NCBI GenBank assembly: GCA_965237745.1
Contig: OZ250156.1
Location: forward strand, 95,596 to 159,595
Length of the DNA stretch: 64,000 nt
Direction: 5' to 3'
Origin: Dehalococcoidia bacterium
GTDB lineage: Bacteria; Chloroflexota; Dehalococcoidia; Lucifugimonadales; UBA3495
In this document: in pieces, positions 60,992 to 64,000 of the stretch
How positions within the stretch are numbered: position 1 is the first letter of the stretch
Layout: each line of letters begins with the position of its first letter
Notes under the pieces: model-generated
What the model saw: the letters and a program-made list of their open reading frames with translations, nothing else
What the model was told of the DNA's origin: nothing
Databases searched by the model: none
Translations under genes and position numbers: made by a program

Positions 60992-62410
60992 ATGGCTGAC
61001 CAGGACATTGCATTGGTAGCTCACCTGATGCGCCGCGCCGGTTTCGGGGCGAGCCGGGATGAGATTGAGGCCAAAGCAGCGCAGGGCTACGACAACGTAG
61101 TACAGGAGCTGCTCAATCCCACCGGCGGCATCGACGACGACATATTGATGCGCTACAACCCGTCGTATTACGAACCCGGCGCCATCGAAGTCAATACCCA
61201 GATCTGGGTATACAAGATGATCAACAGCCCCAACCAGTTGCAGGAAAAGGTCGCGCTGTTCTGGCACATGATTTTCTGCGCCGGCCACAGCAAGATCGAC
61301 TCCGGTCAGGAAATGGGCATCATGGTCAACATGTTCCGGGAGCAAGGTATGGGCAGCTTCCGTGACCTGCTGGTCGCGCTGTCCACCAACCCCGGCATGA
61401 TGTACTACCTGGACAACACCGAGTCCCACAAGGCCAACCTCAACGAGAACTATGGCCGTGAGCTCCTCGAGCTCTTCTCCCTCGGCGTCGGCATGGACGA
61501 GGGCTTCAACTACTCCGAGGACGACGTAAAGGTCTGCGCCCGCGCCTTCACCGGCTGGAACGTGGCCCCGTCCTACCCGCCCTTCCCCCATGGCCGCAGC
61601 CCCTGGGTCTTCCGCTTCGACCCTGCTGACCACGACAACAGCGAAAAGACCTTCCTGGGTGAGACCGGCCATTGGAATGGCGATGACATCATCGACATCA
61701 TCTGCAAGCAGCCGGCCACCGCCCGCTTCCTCGCCCGCCACCTGTACAACTACTTCGTGGCCGACGAGCCGCAGATCCCCGCTTGGCGTCTGACCCCGCC
61801 GCGGAACATCGAGGCGATCGAGACTCTCGAGAAGGCCTACTTCGATTCCAACTACTCCATCAAGGCCATGCTCGAGGCCCTGTTCACCTCCGAGTTCTTC
61901 AAGGACGAGTCGGTCCACTACCAGAAGATCAAGAACCCGGCTGAGATGGTCGTCAGCCTGCTCCGAATGGTCGGCGAGCACCAGGATCTCAAGCCCGGCC
62001 TGTTCGAGATTTCCCAGGAGCCCAAGTACATGGGCCAGGACCTGATGAACCCGCCCACGGTGGAGGGTTGGCATACCGGCCGCGAGTGGATCGACAGCGG
62101 CACGTTGGTGGAGCGGATCAACTTCGCCGCCGAGTTGCTGGGTAACACCGAGCTTGACGGCGTCCGCGGCCTGGTCGACCGGCTGATGGCCCGCGGCGAC
62201 AGCCTGACTCCGGAGCAGTTCGTGGACGGCTGTCTGGACATGACCGGCCCGGTGCAGGTCACTTCCGACACCCATTCCCAGTTGGTCGCTCACGCCTCCC
62301 AGGAAGGCAACCTCAGCCACGGCAACGACGATGAGCGCGTCACCTTCACCCGCCGCACCGGCGAAATGTTCCAGATGATCGCCGCCACGGCCGAGTTCCA
62401 GTTCGAGTAA
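60992..62410 (+). CDS. DUF1800 domain protein, cassette B
   Basis: 472-aa paralogue of 27349-28773 (MADQDIALVAHLMRRAGFGAS...), alignable end to end. Confidence 0.75.
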   Translation: MADQDIALVAHLMRRAGFGASRDEIEAKAAQGYDNVVQELLNPTGGIDDDILMRYNPSYYEPGAIEVNTQIWVYKMINSPNQLQEKVALFWHMIFCAGHSKIDSGQEMGIMVNMFREQGMGSFRDLLVALSTNPGMMYYLDNTESHKANLNENYGRELLELFSLGVGMDEGFNYSEDDVKVCARAFTGWNVAPSYPPFPHGRSPWVFRFDPADHDNSEKTFLGETGHWNGDDIIDIICKQPATARFLARHLYNYFVADEPQIPAWRLTPPRNIEAIETLEKAYFDSNYSIKAMLEALFTSEFFKDESVHYQKIKNPAEMVVSLLRMVGEHQDLKPGLFEISQEPKYMGQDLMNPPTVEGWHTGREWIDSGTLVERINFAAELLGNTELDGVRGLVDRLMARGDSLTPEQFVDGCLDMTGPVQVTSDTHSQLVAHASQEGNLSHGNDDERVTFTRRTGEMFQMIAATAEFQFE

Positions 62411-62427
62411 ACCTGTTTCCAATAAGT

Positions 62428-62468
62428 CCAATCGCTCTTCCTGAGCCTGTCGAAGGAAGAGCGATTGG
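62428..62468. repeat. intercistronic hairpin (14-bp perfect stem, 13-nt loop), variant of the dispersed palindromic repeat
   Basis: CCAATCGCTCTTCC, TGAGCCTGTCGAA, GGAAGAGCGATTGG. It starts 18 nt after the DUF1800 stop. Confidence 0.8.
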
Positions 62469-62524
62469 GCGGTCAGTCAAGCCAACAGCAAACACGCAAA
62501 TCACAACGCTAGAAGGAGTGACAA

Positions 62525-63664
62525 ATGGTATCGACCGCGAAAGATCCTGTCCTGGCAGTCCTCTCTCTGTCGGGCGGCAACGACGGCCTGAACACCGTCA
62601 TCCCCCGCAATAGCTCGCTCTACCGGGACTTCCGCCCCACCATCGGTGTGCCGGAAGACCAGATCCTGCCCATCAACGACGAGTTGGGTTTCCACCCGAC
62701 CATGTCTCCCCTAATGAAGTATTGGGAAGCAGGACAGCTGGCAGTATTCGTGGGCATCGGCTACCCGACTCCCAGCTACTCCCACTTCCGCTCCATGGAC
62801 ATCTGGCACACTTGTGAGCCCGAAATCATCGGCACCGAGGGCTGGCTGGGCCGCGCCGCCAAGCTGATGGACCCCACCGCCGAGAACGTGCTGACCTCCG
62901 TCAACTTCGGTCGCGGCCTGCCTCGCGCCTTGGTGATGGAAGGCGTCCCCGTCGCCTCCGTCGGTAACCTCGAGACCTACGGTCTGCTCACCGGCATCGA
63001 CGGCGAAGACCAGCGCAACTCCGCTCTGGACGTCTTCGGCCGCATGTACTCGCCCGCCATCGGCTCCGGCGCCGTAATGGACTACATCCACTCCACCGGC
63101 ACCGACGCTCTCAAGGGCGCCGACATCCTGTCCACCGCGCCGGACAACTACACCTCCAACGTCGAGTACTCCAACACCGTCATCGGCCAGTACATGAAGA
63201 ACATCGCCCAGACCCACCTGGCCAATTTCGGCACCCGCGTGCTCTATACCACGTCGCCCTACAACGGCTTTGACTCCCACGCCAACCAGGCGCAGGCCAA
63301 CGCCGCCCTGTGGACCGACGTCTCCAACACCGTCGACACTTTCTTCACCGACCTGCGTGACCACGACGCCAGCGACAACGTAACCCTGTTGCTGTTCAGT
63401 GAGTTCGGCCGCCGCGTCAACGACAACGGCTCCGGCACCGACCACGGCGCTGCCAGCGTGGCCTTCGCTGTCGGCGAGCACGTCAAGGGCGGCATCTACG
63501 GCAGCTACCCGTCCCTGACTCCCGCCGAACAGGAAGAGGGCGGCAACCTGAAGTTCAACTTGGACTTCCGCTCCGTCTACTCCACCATCCTGGAAGACTG
63601 GTTCAACCTCGAGGCTGAACCCATCGTCAATGGCAACTTCGAGCGCGTCAAGTTCTTGAAGTAG
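62525..63664 (+). CDS. DUF1501 domain protein, cassette B
   Basis: 379-aa paralogue of 26103-27239. AGGAG RBS. No twin-arginine signal. Confidence 0.75.
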   Translation: MVSTAKDPVLAVLSLSGGNDGLNTVIPRNSSLYRDFRPTIGVPEDQILPINDELGFHPTMSPLMKYWEAGQLAVFVGIGYPTPSYSHFRSMDIWHTCEPEIIGTEGWLGRAAKLMDPTAENVLTSVNFGRGLPRALVMEGVPVASVGNLETYGLLTGIDGEDQRNSALDVFGRMYSPAIGSGAVMDYIHSTGTDALKGADILSTAPDNYTSNVEYSNTVIGQYMKNIAQTHLANFGTRVLYTTSPYNGFDSHANQAQANAALWTDVSNTVDTFFTDLRDHDASDNVTLLLFSEFGRRVNDNGSGTDHGAASVAFAVGEHVKGGIYGSYPSLTPAEQEEGGNLKFNLDFRSVYSTILEDWFNLEAEPIVNGNFERVKFLK

Positions 63665-63689
63665 TCCACCTCCGGCCATCGAATCTAAC

Positions 63690-63714
63690 GGAGGGCGCCC
63701 CAACAGCGCCCTCC
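63690..63714. other. intercistronic hairpin (9-bp perfect stem)
   Basis: GGAGGGCGC, CCCAACA, GCGCCCTCC, between DUF1501 and the NHL gene. Confidence 0.7.
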
Positions 63715-63742
63715 CGCTCACAAAGCACGATGAGGTAAGGAT

Positions 63743-64000
63743 ATGGCAACACATTTCTTCGGTCTGAAGGACCGGACGTTTTACCATAGCCATGCCGTCG
63801 GCCGGAACGAATTCGCCGGCACCGGCTTCCGCAACCCGGTGGACATGGCTATCGCTTCCGACGGCTCGGTCTATGTCGTCAACCGCTCCTACGAGAACCG
63901 CCCCGACGGCGTGCATATGACCGTCTGCACGCTGGACGAGGAATACATCTCGGCCTTCGGCGAGTACGGTGAGGGCAACGGCCAGTTCATCTGGCCCACG
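63743..64000 (+). CDS. NHL repeat protein, cassette B (5' part, runs off the window)
   Basis: MATHFFGLKDRTFYHSHAVGRNEFAGTGFRNPVDMAI... parallels the N-terminus of the protein at 24671-25732. Confidence 0.7.
   Translation, partial: MATHFFGLKDRTFYHSHAVGRNEFAGTGFRNPVDMAIASDGSVYVVNRSYENRPDGVHMTVCTLDEEYISAFGEYGEGNGQFIWPT

Overview
High-GC bacterial chromosome segment. Gene content and repeat families look Chloroflexi-like, but this cannot be verified here. Most genes are on the minus strand. Many long ORFs in the supplied track are antisense shadow ORFs of real genes and were not called. Housekeeping blocks, left to right: siroheme sulfite reductase plus a HemD-like gene; selB; hemW; phoU; an rplI-dnaB-dnaD-like-dnaC/dnaI-like replication operon; tRNA-Pro(TGG) and tRNA-Arg(CCG); rph; comEA-comEC; ilvE; plsY; and a hopanoid cluster (polyprenyl synthase, hpnH, hpnG, hpnA, shc, squalene-synthase-family gene). 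Accessory content includes three IS elements, each with recognisable inverted repeats and target-site duplications. Two are ISAs1-family and one is IS630-family, and all have interrupted transposase frames. There are also degraded toxin-antitoxin modules, a MITE-like element, two dispersed palindromic repeat families, and a DUF1800-DUF1501-NHL cassette present twice. Most interesting observations: (1) a leaderless poly-Cys leader ORF with terminator/antiterminator geometry upstream of sulfite reductase, a candidate cysteine-sensing attenuator; (2) a YcgJ-type methyltransferase whose only interruption is an in-frame TGA at a conserved Cys position, 15 kb from selB, a candidate selenoprotein; (3) a shared Cheo-box-like operator over the promoters of a SplB-like radical SAM gene and of a zinc-ribbon plus catalytically degenerate RuvC-like gene pair; (4) a helicase-loader protein with two complete DnaC/DnaI ATPase modules; (5) the duplicated, signal-peptide-less DUF1800/DUF1501/NHL cassette with long leaders and intercistronic hairpins. 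No CRISPR array, rRNA or recognisable defence operon was seen. All functional calls rest on motif recognition by eye, not database searches.
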